DNA from: Deltaproteobacteria bacterium
GTDB taxonomy: Bacteria > SAR324 > NAC60-12
Assembly (NCBI GenBank): GCA_038150265.1
Contig: JAYOTF010000023.1
Location: forward strand, 1 to 51,636
Length of the DNA stretch: 51,636 nt
Direction: 5' to 3'
Shown in pieces: positions 51,535 to 51,636 of the stretch (position 1 is the stretch's first letter; each line of letters begins with the position of its first letter). The notes below the pieces were generated by a model that was not told where the DNA came from, ran no database searches, and saw nothing but the letters and a program-made list of their open reading frames with translations. The position numbers and the translations under genes were made by a program.

Positions 51535-51636
51535 ATGGTAATTTTGATCACTGGAGGGGCAGGGTTTGTGGGCTCATACCTGGCGCTCGACCTCAAGTCT
51601 CGGCTTCCAAGTGCAGAAGTTGTGGCACTCGACAAT
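51535..51636 (+). CDS. NAD-dependent NDP-sugar epimerase/dehydratase, N-terminal fragment truncated by the window edge
   Basis: MVILITGGAGFVGSYLA...VVALDN extended-SDR Rossmann start. Confidence 0.85.
   Translation, partial: MVILITGGAGFVGSYLALDLKSRLPSAEVVALDN

Overview
A GC-rich (roughly 60-63% by eye) bacterial chromosomal segment made up mostly of housekeeping genes. Gene content and flagellar layout suggest a deltaproteobacteria-like lineage such as SAR324, but this is a low-confidence inference. The left edge (1-1581) is a decayed mobile-element or island border: a low-GC Asp-box propeller gene end, an integrase fragment, a Prx6 peroxiredoxin and a broken DUF6641-like gene. A minus-strand run follows (recJ, CcsA/YpjD-like gene, motif-less polyprenyl synthase homolog, enoyl-CoA hydratase, ydiJ, RND adaptor, PglB/STT3 oligosaccharyltransferase, adenine/adenosine deaminase). 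Next is a plus-strand run (hypothetical, TPR/SLH lipoprotein, NtrC-family regulator, hisE, divergent OYE, hom, mreC-mreD-mrdA, XRE-cupin). The rest holds ppk1-HAD-fxsA, flagellin with a sigma28 promoter, a ThDP enzyme, an hsp20 operon with two small ORFs missed by the track, pgi, rsmB, dksA-fliR-flhB-flhA-flhF-flhG-fliA, dapB, valS, a secreted LigE-type DNA ligase, oppB, a Nudix-MBL fusion and the start of an NDP-sugar epimerase. I found no tRNA, rRNA or CRISPR array. The most striking unexplained signal is window-wide: the palindrome TCCGGA occurs about 135-140 times by manual count, versus about 17 expected from base composition, and in all three reading frames, resembling a HIP1-like highly iterated palindrome. 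Other highlights are two apparent pseudoenzymes, a stand-alone PglB predicted to have relaxed sequon specificity, and a ValRS that resembles Patescibacteria (CPR) enzymes.
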